Positions 21,501 to 36,500 of a stretch of DNA of 64,000 nt are shown here, in pieces. Every line of letters starts with the position of its first letter. Position 1 is the stretch's first letter. The DNA is taken from the NCBI GenBank assembly GCA_964247055.1, contig OZ176054.1, positions 1 through 64,000 on the forward strand, given 5' to 3'. The stretch is from Paragordius varius. Lineage: Eukaryota > Animalia > Nematomorpha. A model generated the notes under the pieces. The model ran no database searches and was not told where the DNA came from. It saw only the letters and a list, made by a program, of their open reading frames with translations. The position numbers were made by a program, and so were the translations under genes.

Positions 21501-24500
21501 TGATCAGGTGATGTCACCATAATTTTTTTTGGGTAGCCCTATGGTAGTTCCATCATCACCCCAAATATTTTGGAGATCGGGCTATAAATGTAAATTTTAT
21601 GAATTTTTTAAATATTTAAAAAATTTATTTTATACGATTTTAAAAATAAAAATGGCTACCTAAAATCCAAATTTGATCAGGTGATGTCGCCATAATTTTT
21701 TTTGGGTAGCCCTATGGTAGTTCCATCATCACCCCAAATATTTTGGAGATCGGGCTATAAATGTAAATTTTATGAATTTTTTAAATATTTAAAAAATTTA
21801 TTTTATACGATTTTAAAAATAAAAATGGCTACCTAAAATCCAAATTTGATCAGGTGATGTCACCATAAATTTTTTTGGGTAGCCCTATGGTAGTTCCATC
21901 ATCACCCCAAATATTTTTGTGATCGGACTTTAAATGTAAATTTTATGAATTTTTTAAATATTTAAAAAATTTATTTTATACGATTTTAAAAATAAAAATG
22001 GCTACCTAAAATCCAAATTTGATCAGGTGATGTCACCATAATTTTTTTTGGGTAGCCCTATGGTAGTTCCATCATAACCCCAAATATTTTTGAGATCGGA
22101 CTTTAAATGTAAATTTTATGAATTTTTAAAATAATTTATTTTATACGATTTTAAAAATAAAAATGGCTACCTAAAATCAAAATTTGATCAGGTGATGTCG
22201 CCATAATTTTTTTTGGGTAACATGGTAGTTCCATCACAACTTCAAATATTTTTGAGATCGGACTTTAAATGTAAATTTTATGAATTTTTTAAATATTTAA
22301 AAAATTTATTTTATACGATTTTAAATATAAAAATGGCTACCTAAAATCCAAATTTGATCAGGTGATGTCGCCATAATTTTTTTTGGGTAGCCCTATGGTA
22401 GTTCCATCATCACCCCAAATATTTTTGTGATCGGACTTTAAATGTAAATTTTATGAATTTTTTAAATATTTAAAAAATTTATTTTATACGATTTTAAAAA
22501 TAAAAATGGCTACCTAAAATCCAAATTTGATCAGGTGATGTCACCATAATTTTTTTTGGGTAGCCCTATGGTAGTTCCATCATAACCCCAAATATTTTTG
22601 AGATCGGACTTTAAATGTAAATTTTATGAATTTTTAAAATAATTTATTTTATACGATTTTAAAAATAAAAATGGCTACCTAAAATCAAAATTTGATCAGG
22701 TGATGTCGCCATAATTTTTTTTGGGTAACATGGTAGTTCCATCACAACTTCAAATATTTTTGAGATCGGACTTTAAATGTAAATTTTATGAATTTTTTAA
22801 ATATTTAAAAAATTTATTTTATACGATTTTAAATATAAAAATGGCTACCTAAAATCCAAATTTGATCAGGTGATGTCGCCATAATTTTTTTTGGGTAGCC
22901 CTATGGTAGTTCCATCATCACCCCAAATATTTTTGAGATAGGACTATAAATTTAATTTTTATGAATTTTTTAAATATTTAAAAAATTTATTTTATACGAT
23001 TTTAAATATAAAAATGGCTACCTAAAATCCAAATTTGATCAGGTGATGTCACCATAATTTTTTTTGGGTAGCCCTATGGTAGTTCCATCATCACCCCAAA
23101 TATTTTGGAGATCGGGCTATAAATGTAAATTTTATGAATTTTTTAAATATTTAAAAAATTTATTTTATATGATTTTAAATATAAAAATGGCTACCTAAAA
23201 TCCAAATTTGATCAGGTGATGTCACCATAATTTTTTTTGGGTAGCCCTATGGTAGTTCCATCATCACCCCAAATATTTTGGAGATCGGGCTATAAATGTA
23301 AATTTTATGAATTTTTTAAATATTTAAAAAATTTATTTTATACGATTTTAAAAATAAAAATGGCTACCTAAAATCCAAATTTGATCAGGTGATGTCACCA
23401 TAATTTTTTTTGGGTAGCCCTATGGTAGTTCCATCATCACCCCAAATATTTTTGTGATCGGACTTTAAATGTAAATTTTATGAATTTTTTAAATATTTAA
23501 AAAATTTATTTTATACGATTTTAAAAATAAAAATGGCTACCTAAATAAAAATGGCTACCTAAAATACAAATTTGATCAGGTGATGTCACCATAATTTTTT
23601 TTGGGTAGCCCTATGGTAGTTCCATCATCACCCCAAATATTTTTGAGATCGGACTTTAAATGTAAATTTTATGAATTTTTAAAATATTTAAAAAATTTAT
23701 TTTATACGATTTTAAAACTAAAAATGGCTACCTAAAATCCAAATTTGATCAGGTGATGTCACCATAATTTTTTTTGTGTAGCCCTATGGTAGTTCCATTA
23801 TCACCCCAAATATTTTGGAGATCGGGCTATAAATGTAAATTTTATGAATTATTTAAATATTTAAAAAATTTATTTTATACGATTTTAAAAATAAAAATGG
23901 CTACCTAAAATCCAAATTTGATCAGGTGATGTCACCATAATTTTTTTTGGGTAGCCCTATGGTAGTTCCATCATCACCCCAAATTTTTTGGAGATCGGGC
24001 TATAAATGTAAATTTTATGAATTTTTAAAATATTTAAAAAATTTATTTTATACGATTTTAAAAATAAAAATGGCTACCTAAAATCCAAATTTGATCAGGT
24101 GATGTCACCATATTTTTTTTTGGGTAGCCCTATGGTAGTTCCATCATCACCCCAAATATTTTGGAGATCGGGCTATAAATGTAAATTTTATGAATTTTTT
24201 AAATATTTAAAAAATTTATTTTATACGATTTTAAAAATAAAAATGGCTACCTAAAATCCAAATTTGATCAGGTGATGTCACCATAATTTTTTTTGGGTAG
24301 CCCTATGGTAGTTCCATCATCACCCCAAATATTTTGGAGATCGGGCTATAAATGTAAATTTTATGAATTTTTTAAGTATTTAAAAAATTTATTTTATATG
24401 ATTTTAAATATAAAAATGGCTACCTAAAATCCAAATTTGATCAGGTGATGTCACCATAATTTTTTTTGGGTAGCCCTATGGTAGTTCCATCATCACCCCA

Positions 24501-27500
24501 AATATTTTGGAGATCGGGCTATAAATGTAAATTTTATGAATTTTTTAAATATTTAAAAAATTTATTTTATACGATTTTAAAAATAAAAATGGCTACCTAA
24601 AATCCAAATTTGATCAGGTGATGTCACCATAATTTTTTTTGGGTAGCCCTATGGTAGTTCCATCATCACCCCAAATATTTTGGAGATCGGGCTATAAATG
24701 TAAATTTTATGAATTTTTTAAATATTTAAAAAATTTATTTTATACGATTTTAAAAATAAAAATGGCTACCTAAAATCCAAATTGGATCAGGTGATGTCAC
24801 CATAATTTTTTTTGGGTAGCCCTATGGTAGTTCCATCATAACCCCAAATATTTTTGAGATCGGACTTTAAATGTAAATTTTATGAATTTTTAAAATATTT
24901 GAAAAATTTATTTTATACGATTTTAAAAATAAAAATGGCTACCTAAAATCCAAATTTGATCAGGTGATCTCACCATAATTTTTTTTGGGTAGCCCTATGG
25001 TAGTTCCATCATCACCCCAAATATTTTGGAGATCGGGCTATAAATGTAAATTTTATGAATTTTTTAAATATTTAAAAATTTATTTTATACGATTTTAAAA
25101 ATAAAAATGGCTACCTAAAATCCAAATTTGATCAGGTGATGTCACCATAATTTTTTTTGGGTAGCCCTATGGTAGTTCCATCATCACCCCAAATATTTTC
25201 GAGATCGGGCTATAAATGTTAATTTTATGAAATTTTTAAATATTTAAAAATTTTATTTTATACGATTTTAAAAATAAAAATGGCTACCTAAAATCCAAAT
25301 TTGATCAGGTGATGTCGCAATATTTTTTTTTGGGTAGCCCTATGGTAGTTCCATCATAACCCCAAATATTTTTGAGATCGGACTTTAAATGTAAATTTTA
25401 TGAATTTTTAAAATATTTAAAAAATTTATTTTATACGATTTTAAAAATAAAAATAGCTACCTAAAATCCAAATTTGATCAGGTGATGTCACCATAATTTT
25501 TTTTGGGTAGCCTTATGGTAGTTCCATCATCACCCCAAATATTTTGGAGATCGGGCTATAAATGTAAATTTTATGAATTTTTTAAATATTTAAAAAATTT
25601 ATTTTATACGATTTTAAAACTAAAAATGGCTACCTAAAATCCAAATTTGATCAGGTGATGTCACCATAATTTTTTTTGGGTAGCCCTATGGTAGTTCCAT
25701 TATCACCCCAAATATTTTGGAGATCGGGCTATAAATGTAAATTTTATGAATTATTTAAATATTTAAGAAATTTATTTTATACGATTTTAAAAATAAAAAT
25801 GGCTACCTAAAATCCAAATTTGATCAGGTGATGTCACCATAATTTTTTTTGGGTAGCCCTATGGTAGTTCCATCATCACCCCAAATATTTTGGAGATCGG
25901 GCTATAAATGTAAATTTTATGAATTTTTTAAATATTTAAAAAATTTATTTTATACGATTTTAAAAATAAAAATGGCTACCTAAAATCCAAATTTGATCAG
26001 GTGATGTCACCATAATTTATTTTGGGTAGCCCTATGGTAGTTCCATCATCACCCCAAATATTTTGGAGATCGGGCTATAAATGTAAATTTTATGAATTTT
26101 TTAAATATTTAAAAAATTTATTTTATACGATTTTAAAAATAAAAATGGCTACCTAAAATCCAAATTTGATCAGGTGATGTCACCATAATTTTTTTTGGGT
26201 AGCCCTATGGTAGTTCCATCATCACCCCAAATATTTTGGAGATCGGGCTATAAATGTAAATTTTATGAATTTTTAAAATATTTAAAAAATTTATTTTATA
26301 CGATTTTAAAAATAAAAATGGCTACCTAAAAACCAAATTTGATCAGGTGATGTCACCATAATTTTTTTTGGGTAGCCCTATGGTAGTTCCATCATCACCC
26401 CAAATATTTTGGAGATCGGGCTATAAATGTAAATTTTATGAATTTTTTAAATATTTAAAAAATTTATTTTATACGATTTTAAAAATAAAAATGGCTACCT
26501 AAAATCCAAATTTGATCAGGTCATGTCACCATAATTTTTTTTGGGTAGCCCTATGGTAGTTCCATCATCACCCCAAATATTTTGGAGATCGGTTTATAAA
26601 TGTAAATATTATGAATTTTTTAAATATTTAAAAAATTTATTTTATACGATTTTAAATATAAAAATGGCTACCTAAAATCCAAATTTGATCAGGTGATGTC
26701 GCCATAATTTTTTTTGGGTAGCCCTATGGTAGTTCCATCATCACCCCAAATATTTTTGAGATCGGACTATAAATGTAATTTTTATGAATTTTTTAAATAT
26801 TTAAAAAATTTATTTTATACGATTTTAAATATAAAAATGGCTACCTAAAATCCAAATTTGAGGTGATGTCACCATAATTTTTTTGGGTAGCCCTATGGTA
26901 GTTCCATCATCACCCCAAATATTTTGGAGATCGGGCTATAAATGTAAATTTTATGAATTTTTTAAATATTTAAAAAATTTATTTTATATGATTTTAAATA
27001 TAAAAATGGCTACCTAAAATCCAAATTTGATCACGTGATGTCACCATAATTTTTTTTGGGTAGCCCTATGGTAGTTCCATCATCACCCCAAATATTTTGG
27101 AGATCGGGCTATAAATGTAAATTTTATGAATTTTTTAAATATTTAAAAAATTTATTTTATACGATTTTAAAAATAAAAATGGCTACCTAAAATCCAAATT
27201 TGATCAGGTGATGTCGCCATAATTTTTTTTGGGTAACCTTATGGTAGTTCCATCATAACTTCAAATATTTTTGAGATCGGACTTTAAATGTAAATTTTAT
27301 GAATTTTTTAAATATTTAAAAAATTTATTTTATACGATTTTGAATATAAAAATGGCTACCTAAAATCCAAATTTGATCAGGTGATGTCGCCATAATTTTT
27401 TTTGGGTAGCCCTATGGTAGTTCCATCATCACCCCAAATATTTTTGAGATCGGACTATAAATTTAATTTTTATGAATTTTTTAAATATTTAAAAAATTTA

Positions 27501-30500
27501 TTTTATACGATTTTAAATATAAAAATGGCTACCTAAAATCCAAATTTGATCAGGTGATGTCACCATAATTTTTTTTGGGTAGCCCTATGGTAGTTCCATC
27601 ATCACCCCAAATATTTTGGAGATCGGGCTATAAATGTAAATTTTATGAATTTTTTAAATATTTAAAAAATTTATTTTATATGATTTTAAATATAAAAATG
27701 GCTACCTAAAATCCAAATTTGATCAGGTGATGTCACCATAATTTTTTTTGGGTAGCCCTATGGTAGTTCCATCATCACCCCAAATATTTTGGAGATCGGG
27801 CTATAAATGTAAATTTTATGAATTTTTTAAATATTAAAAAAATTTATTTTATACGATTTTAAAAATAAAAATGGCTACCTAAAATCCAAATTTGATCAGG
27901 TGATGTCACCATAATTTTTTTTGGGTAGCCCTATGGTAGTTCCATCATCACCCCAAATATTTTTGTGATCGGACTTTAAATGTAAATTTTATGAATTTTT
28001 TCAATATTTAAAAAATTTATTTTATACGATTTTAAAAATAAAAATGGCTACCTAAATAAAAATGGCTACCTAAAATCCAAATTTGATCAGGTGATGTCAC
28101 CATAATTTATTTTGGGTAGCCCTATGGTAGTTCCATCATCACCCCAAATATTTTTGAGATCGGAATTTAAATGTAAATTTTATAAATTTTTAAAATATTT
28201 AAAAAATTTATTTTATACGATTTTAAAAATAAAAATGGCTACCTAAAATCCAAATTTGATCAGGTGATGTCACCATAATTTTTTTTGGGTAGCCCTATGG
28301 TAGTTCCATCATCACCCCAAATATTTTGGAGATCGGGCTATAAATGTAAATTTTATGAATTTTTTAAATATTTAAAAAATTTATTTTATACGATTTTAAA
28401 AATAAAAATGGCTACCTAAAATCCAAATTTGATCAGGTGATGTCACCATAATTTTTTTTGGGTAGCCCTATGGTAGTTCCATCATCACCCCAAATATTTT
28501 GGAGATCGGGCTATAAATGTAAATTTTATGAATTTTTTAAATATTTAAAAAATTTATTTTATACGATTTTAAAAATAAAAATGGCTACCTAAAATCCAAA
28601 TTTGATCAGGTGATGTCGCCATAATTTTTTTTGGGTAGCCCTATGGTAGTTCCATCATCACCCCAAATATTTTGGAGATCGGGCTATAAATGTAAATTTT
28701 ATGAATTTTTTAAATATTTAAAAAATTTATTTTATACGATTTTAAAAATAAAAATGGCTACCTAAAATCCAAATTTGATCAGGTGATGACACCATAATTT
28801 TTTTTGGGTAGCCCTATGGTAGTTCCATCATAACCCCAAAAATTTTTGAGATCGGACTTTAAATGTAAATTTTATGAATTTTTAAAATATTTAAAAAATT
28901 TATTTTATACGATTTTAAAAATAAAAATGGCTACCTAAAATCCAAATTTGATCAGGTGATGTCACCATAATTTTTTTTGGGTAGCCCTATGGTAGTTCCA
29001 TCATCACCCCAAATATTTTGGAGATCGGGCTATAAATGTAAATTTTATGAATTTTTTAAATATTTAAAAAATTTATTTTATACGATATTAAAAATAAAAA
29101 TGGCTACCTAAAATCCAAATTTGATCAGGTGATGTCGCCATAATTTTTTTTGGGTAACCTTATGGTAGTTCCATCATAACCCCAAATATTTTTGAGATCG
29201 GACTTTAAATGTAAATTTTATGAATTTTTAAAATATTTAAAAAATTTATTTTATACGATTTTAAAAATAAAAATGGCTACCTAAAATCCAAATTTGATCA
29301 GGTGATGTCACCATAATTTTTTTTGGGTAGCCCTATGGTAGTTCCATCATCACCCCAAATATTTTGGAGATCGGGCTATAAATGTAAATTTTATGAATTT
29401 TTTAAATATTTAAAAAATTTATTTTATACGATTTTAAAAATAAAAATGGCTACCTAAAATCCAAATTTGATCAGGTGATGTCACCATAATTTTTTTTGGG
29501 TAGCCCTATGGTAGTTCCATCATCACCCCAAATATTTTGGAGATCGGGCTATAAATGTAAATTTTATGAATTTTTTAAATATTTAAAAAATTTATTTTAT
29601 ACGATTTTAAAAATAAAAGTGGCTACATAAAATCCAAATTTGATCAGGTGATGTCGCCATAATTTTTTTTGGGTAGCCCTATGGTAGTTCCATCATCACC
29701 CCAAATATTTTGGAGATCGGGCTATAAATGTAAATTTTATGAATTTTTTAAATATTTAAAAAATTTATTTTATACGATTTTAAAAATAAAAATGGCTACC
29801 TAAAATCCAAATTTGATCAGGTGATGTCACCATAATTTTTTTTGGGTAGCCCTATGGTAGTTCCATCATAACCCCAAAAATTTTTGAGATCGGACTTTAA
29901 ATGTAAATTTTATGAATTTTTAAAATATTTAAAAAATTTATTTTATACGATTTTAAAAATAAAAATGGCTACCTAAAATCCAAATTTGATCAGGTGATGT
30001 CACCATAATTTTTTTTGGGTAGCCCTATGGTAGTTCCATCATCACCCCAAATATTTTGGAGATCGGGCTATAAATGTAAATTTTATGAATTTTTTAAATA
30101 TTTAAAAAATTTATTTTATACGATATTAAAAATAAAAATGGCTACCTAAAATCCAAATTTGATCAGGTGATGTCGCCATAATTTTTTTTGGGTAACCGTA
30201 TGGTAGTTCCATCATAACCCCAAATATTTTTGAGATCGGACTTTAAATGTAAATTTTATGAATTTTTAAAATATTTAAAAAATTTATTTTATACGATTTT
30301 AAAAATAAAAATGGCTACCTAAAATCCAAATTTGATCAGGTGATGTCACCATAATTTTTTTTGGGTAGCCCTATGGTAGTTCCATCATCACCCCAAATAT
30401 TTTGGAGATCGGGCTATAAATGTAAATTTTATGAATTTTTTAAATATTTAAAAAATTTATTTTATACGATTTTAAAAATAAAAATGGCTACCTAAAATCC

Positions 30501-33500
30501 AAATTTGATCAGGTGATGTCGCCATAATTTTTTTTGGGTAGCCCTATGGTAGTTCCATCATCACCCCAAATATTTTGGAGATCGGGCTATAAATGTAAAT
30601 TTTATGAATTTTTTAAATATTTAAAAAATTTATTTTATACGATTTTAAAAATAAAAATGGCTACCTAAAATCCAAATTTGATCAGGTGATGTCACCATAA
30701 TTTTTTTTGGGTAGCCCTATGGTAGTTCCATCATAACCCCAAATATTTTTGAGATCGGACTTTAAATGTAAATTTTATGAATTTTTAAAATATTTAAAAA
30801 ATTTATTTTATACGATTTTAAAAATAAAAATGGCTACCTAAAATCCAAATTTGATCAGGTGATGTCACCATAATTTTTTTTGGGTAGCCCTATGGTAGTT
30901 CCATCATCACCCCAAATATTTTTGAGATCGGACTTTAAATGTAAATTTTATGAATTTTTAAAATATTTAAAAAATTTATTTTATACGATTTTAAAAATAA
31001 AAATGGCTACCTAAAATCCAAATTTGATCAGGTGATGTCACCATAATTTTTTTTGGGTAGCCCTATGGTAGTTCCATCATCACCCCAAATATTTTGGAGA
31101 TCGGGCTATAAATGTAAATTTTATGAATTTTTTAAATATTTAAAAAATTTATTTTATACGATTTTAAAAATAAAAATGGCTACCTAAAATCCAAATTTGA
31201 TCAGGTGATGTCGCCATAATTTTTTTTGGGTAGCCCTATGGTAGTTCCATCATCACCCCAAATATTTTGGAGATCGGGCTATAAATGTAAATTTTATGAA
31301 TTTTTTAAATATTTAAAAAATTTATTTTATACGATTTTAAAAATAAAAATGGCTACCTAAAATCCAAATTTGATCAGGTGATGTCACCATAATTTTTTTT
31401 GGGTAGCCCTATGGTAGTTCCATCATAACCCCAAATATTTTTGAGATCGGACTTTAAATGTAAATTTTATGAATTTTTAAAATATTTAAAAAATTTATTT
31501 TATACGATTTTAAAAATAAAAATGGCTACCTAAAATCCAAATTTGATCAGGTGATGTCACCATAATTTTTTTTGGGTAGCCCTATGGTAGTTCCATCATC
31601 ACCCCAAATATTTTGGAGATCGGGATATAAATGTAAATTTTATGAATTTTTAAATATTTAAAAAATTTATTTTATACGATTTTAAAAATAAAAATGGCTA
31701 CCTAAAATCCAAATTTGATCAGGTGATGTCACCATAATTTTTTTTGGGTAGCCCTATGGTAGTTCCATCATCACCCCAAATATTTTTGTGATCGGACTTT
31801 AAATGTAAATTTTATGAATTTTTTAAATATTTAAAAAATTTATTTTATACGATTTTAAAAATAAAAATGGCTACCTAAAATCCAAATTTGATCAGGTGAT
31901 GTCACCATAATTTTTTTTGGGTAGCCCTATGGTAGTTCCATCATAACCCCAAATATTTTTCAGATCGGACTTTAAATGTAAATTTTATGAATTTTTAAAA
32001 TATTTAAAAAATTTATTTTATACGATTTTAAAAATAAAAATGGCTACCTAAAATCCAAATTTGATCAGGTGATGTCACCATAATTTTTTTTGGGTAGCCC
32101 TATGGTAGTTCCATCATCACCCCAAATATTTTGGAGATCGGGCTATAAATGTAAATTTTATGAATTTTTTAAATATTTAAAAAATTTATTTTATACGATT
32201 TTAAAAATAAAAATGGCTACCTAAAATCCAAATTTGATCAGGTGATGTCGCCATAATTTTTTTTGGGTAGCCCTATGGTAGTTCCATCATCACCCCAAAT
32301 ATTTTGGAGATCGGGCTATAAATGTAAATTTTATGAATTTTTTAAATATTTAAAAAATTTATTTTATACGATTTTTAAAATAAAAATGGCTACCTAAAAT
32401 CCAAATTTGATCAGGTGATGTCGCCATAATTTTTTTTGGGTAACCTTATGGTAGTTCCATCATAACCCCAAATATTTTTGAGATCGGACTTTAAATGTAA
32501 ATTTTATGAATTTTTAAAATATTTAAAAAATTTATTTTATACGATTTTAAAAATAAAAATGGCTACCTAAAATCCAAATTTGATCAGGTGATGTCACCAT
32601 AATTTTTTTTGGGTAGCCCTATGGTAGTTCCATCATCACCCCAAATATTTTGGAGATCGGGCTATAAATGTAAATTTTATGAATTTTTTAAATATTTAAA
32701 AAATTTATTTTATACGATTTTAAAAATAAAAATGGCTACCTAAAATCCAAATTTGATCACGTGATGTCACCATAATTTTTTTTGGGTAGCCCTATGGTAG
32801 TTCCATCATCACCCCAAATATTTTGGAGATCGGGCTATAAATGTAAATTTCATGAATTTTTTAAATATTTAAAAAATTTATTTTATACGATTTTAAAAAT
32901 AAAAATGGCTACCTAAAATCCAAATTTGATCAGGTGATGTCACCATAATTTTTTTTGGGTAGCCCTATGGTAGTTCCATCATCACCCCAAATATTTTGGA
33001 GATCGGGCTATAAATGTAAATTTTATGAATTTTTTAAATATTTAAAAAATTTATTTTATACGATTTTAAAAATAAAAATGGCTACCTAAAATCCAAATTT
33101 GATCAGGTGATGTCGCCATAATTTTTTTTGGGTAGCCCTATGGTAGTTCCATCATCACCCCAAATATTTTGGAGATCGGGCTATAAATGTAAATTTTATG
33201 AATTTTTTAAATATTTAAAAAATTTATTTTATACGATTTTTAAAATAAAAATGGCTACCTAAAATCCAAATTTGATCAGGTGATGTCGCCATAATTTTTT
33301 TTGGGTAACCTTATGGTAGTTCCATCATAACCCCAAATATTTTTGAGATCGGACTTTAAATGTAAATTTTATGAATTTTTAAAATATTTAAAAAATTTAT
33401 TTTATACGATTTTAAAAATAAAAATGGCTACCTAAAATCCAAATTTGATCAGGTGATGTCACCATAATTTTTTTTGGGTAGCCCTATGGTAGTTCCATCA

Positions 33501-36500
33501 TCACCCCAAATATTTTGGAGATCGGGCTATAAATGTAAATTTTATGAATTTTTTAAATATTTAAAAAATTTATTTTATACGATTTTAAAAATAAAAATGG
33601 CTACCTAAAATCCAAATTTGATCACGTGATGTCACCATAATTTTTTTTGGGTAGCCCTATGGTAGTTCCATCATCACCCCAAATATTTTGGAGATCGGGC
33701 TATAAATGTAAATTTCATGAATTTTTTAAATATTTAAAAAATTTATTTTATACGATTTTAAAAATAAAAATGGCTACCTAAAATCCAAATTTGATCAGGT
33801 GATGTCACCATAATTTTTTTTGGGTAGCCCTATGGTAGTTCCATCATCACCCCAAATATTTTGGAGATCGGACTTTAAATGTAAATTTTATGAATTTTTT
33901 AAATATTTAAAAAATTTATTTTATACGATTTTGAATATAAAAATGGCTACCTAAAATCCAAATTTGATCAGGTGATGTCGCCATAATTTTTTTTGGGTAG
34001 CTCTATGGTAGTTCCATCATCACCCCAAATATTTTTGAGATCGGACTATAAATTTAATTTTTATGAATTTTTTAAATATTTAAAAAATTTATTTTATACG
34101 ATTTTAAATATAAAAATGGCTACCTAAAATCCAAATTTGATCAGGTGATGTCACCATAATTTTTTTTGGGTAGCCCTATGGTAGTTCCATCATCACCCCA
34201 AATATTTTGGAGATCGGGCTATAAATGTAAATTTTATGAATTTTTTAAATATTTAAAAAATTTATTTTATATGATTTTAAATATAAAAATGGCTACCTAA
34301 AATCCAAATTTGATCAGGTGATGTCACCATAATTTTTTTTGGGTAGCCCTATGGTAGTTCCATCATCACCCCAAATATTTTGGAGATCGGGCTATAAATG
34401 TAAATTTTATGAATTTTTTAAATATTAAAAAAATTTATTTTATACGATTTTAAAAATAAAAATGGCTACCTAAAATCCAAATTTGATCAGGTGATGTCAC
34501 CATAATTTTTTTTGGGTAGCCCTATGGTAGTTCCATCATCACCCCAAATATTTTTGTGATCGGACTTTAAATGTAAATTTTATGAATTTTTTCAATATTT
34601 AAAAAATTTATTTTATACGATTTTAAAAATAAAAATGGCTACCTAAATAAAAATGGCTACCTAAAATCCAAATTTGATCAGGTGATGTCACCATAATTTA
34701 TTTTGGGTAGCCCTATGGTAGTTCCATCATCACCCCAAATATTTTTGAGATCGGAATTTAAATGTAAATTTTATAAATTTTTAAAATATTTAAAAAATTT
34801 ATTTTATACGATTTTAAAAATAAAAATGGCTACCTAAAATCCAAATTTGATCAGGTGATGTCACCATAATTTTTTTTGGGTAGCCCTATGGTAGTTCCAT
34901 CATAACCCCAAAAATTTTTGAGATCGGACTTTAAATGTAAATTTTATGAATTTTTAAAATATTTAAAAAATTTATTTTATACGATTTTAAAAATAAAAAT
35001 GGCTACCTAAAATCCAAATTTGATCAGGTGATGTCACCATAATTTTTTTTGGGTAGCCCTATGGTAGTTCCATCATCACCCCAAATATTTTGGAGATCGG
35101 GCTATAAATGTAAATTTTATGAATTTTTTAAATATTTAAAAAATTTATTTTATACGATATTAAAAATAAAAATGGCTACCTAAAATCCAAATTTGATCAG
35201 GTGATGTCGCCATAATTTTTTTTGGGTAGCCCTATGGTAGTTCCATCATCACCCCAAATATTTTGGAGATCGGGCTATAAATGTAAATTTTATGAATTTT
35301 TTAAATATTTAAAAAATTTATTTTATACGATTTTAAAAATAAAAATGGCTACCTAAAATCCAAATTTGATCAGGTGATGTCACCATAATTTTTTTTGGGT
35401 AGCCCTATGGTAGTTCCATCATAACCCCAAAAATTTTTGAGATCGGACTTTAAATGTAAATTTTATGAATTTTTAAAATATTTAAAAAATTTATTTTATA
35501 CGATTTTAAAAATAAAAATGGCTACCTAAAATCCAAATTTGATCAGGTGATGTCACCATAATTTTTTTTGGGTAGCCCCATGGTAGTTCCATCATCACCC
35601 CAAATATTTTGGAGATCGGGCTATAAATGTAAATTTTATGAATTTTTTAAATATTTAAAAAATTTATTTTATACGATATTAAAAATAAAAATGGCTACCT
35701 AAAATCCAAATTTGATCAGGTGATGTCGCCATAATTTTTTTTGGGTAACCTTATGGTAGTTCCATCATAACCCCAAATATTTTCGAGATCGGACTTTAAA
35801 TGTAAATTTTATGAATTTTTAAAATATTTAAAAAATTTATTTTATACGATTTTAAAAATAAAAATGGCTACCTAAAATCCAAATTTGATCAGGTGATGTC
35901 ACCATAATTTTTTTTGGGTAGCCCTATGGTAGTTCCATCATCACCCCAAATATTTTGGAGATCGGGCTATAAATGTAAATTTTATGAATTTTTTAAATAT
36001 TTAAAAAATTTATTTTATACGATTTTGAATATAAAAATGGCTACCTAAAATCCAAATTTGATCAGGTGATGTCGCCATAATTTTTTTTGGGTAGCCCTAT
36101 GGTAGTTCCATCATCACCCCAAATATTTTTGTGATCGGACTTTAAATGTAAATTTTATGAATTTTTTCAATATTTAAAAAATTTATTTTATACGATTTTA
36201 AAAATAAAAATGGCTACCTAAATAAAAATGGCTACCTAAAATCCAAATTTGATCAGGTGATGTCACCATAATTTATTTTGGGTAGCCCTATGGTAGTTCC
36301 ATCATCACCCCAAATATTTTTGAGATCGGAATTTAAATGTAAATTTTATAAATTTTTAAAATATTTAAAAAATTTATTTTATACGATTTTAAAAATAAAA
36401 ATGGCTACCTAAAATCCAAATTTGATCAGGTGATGTCACCATAATTTTTTTTGGGTAGCCCTATGGTAGTTCCATCATAACCCCAAAAATTTTTGAGATC

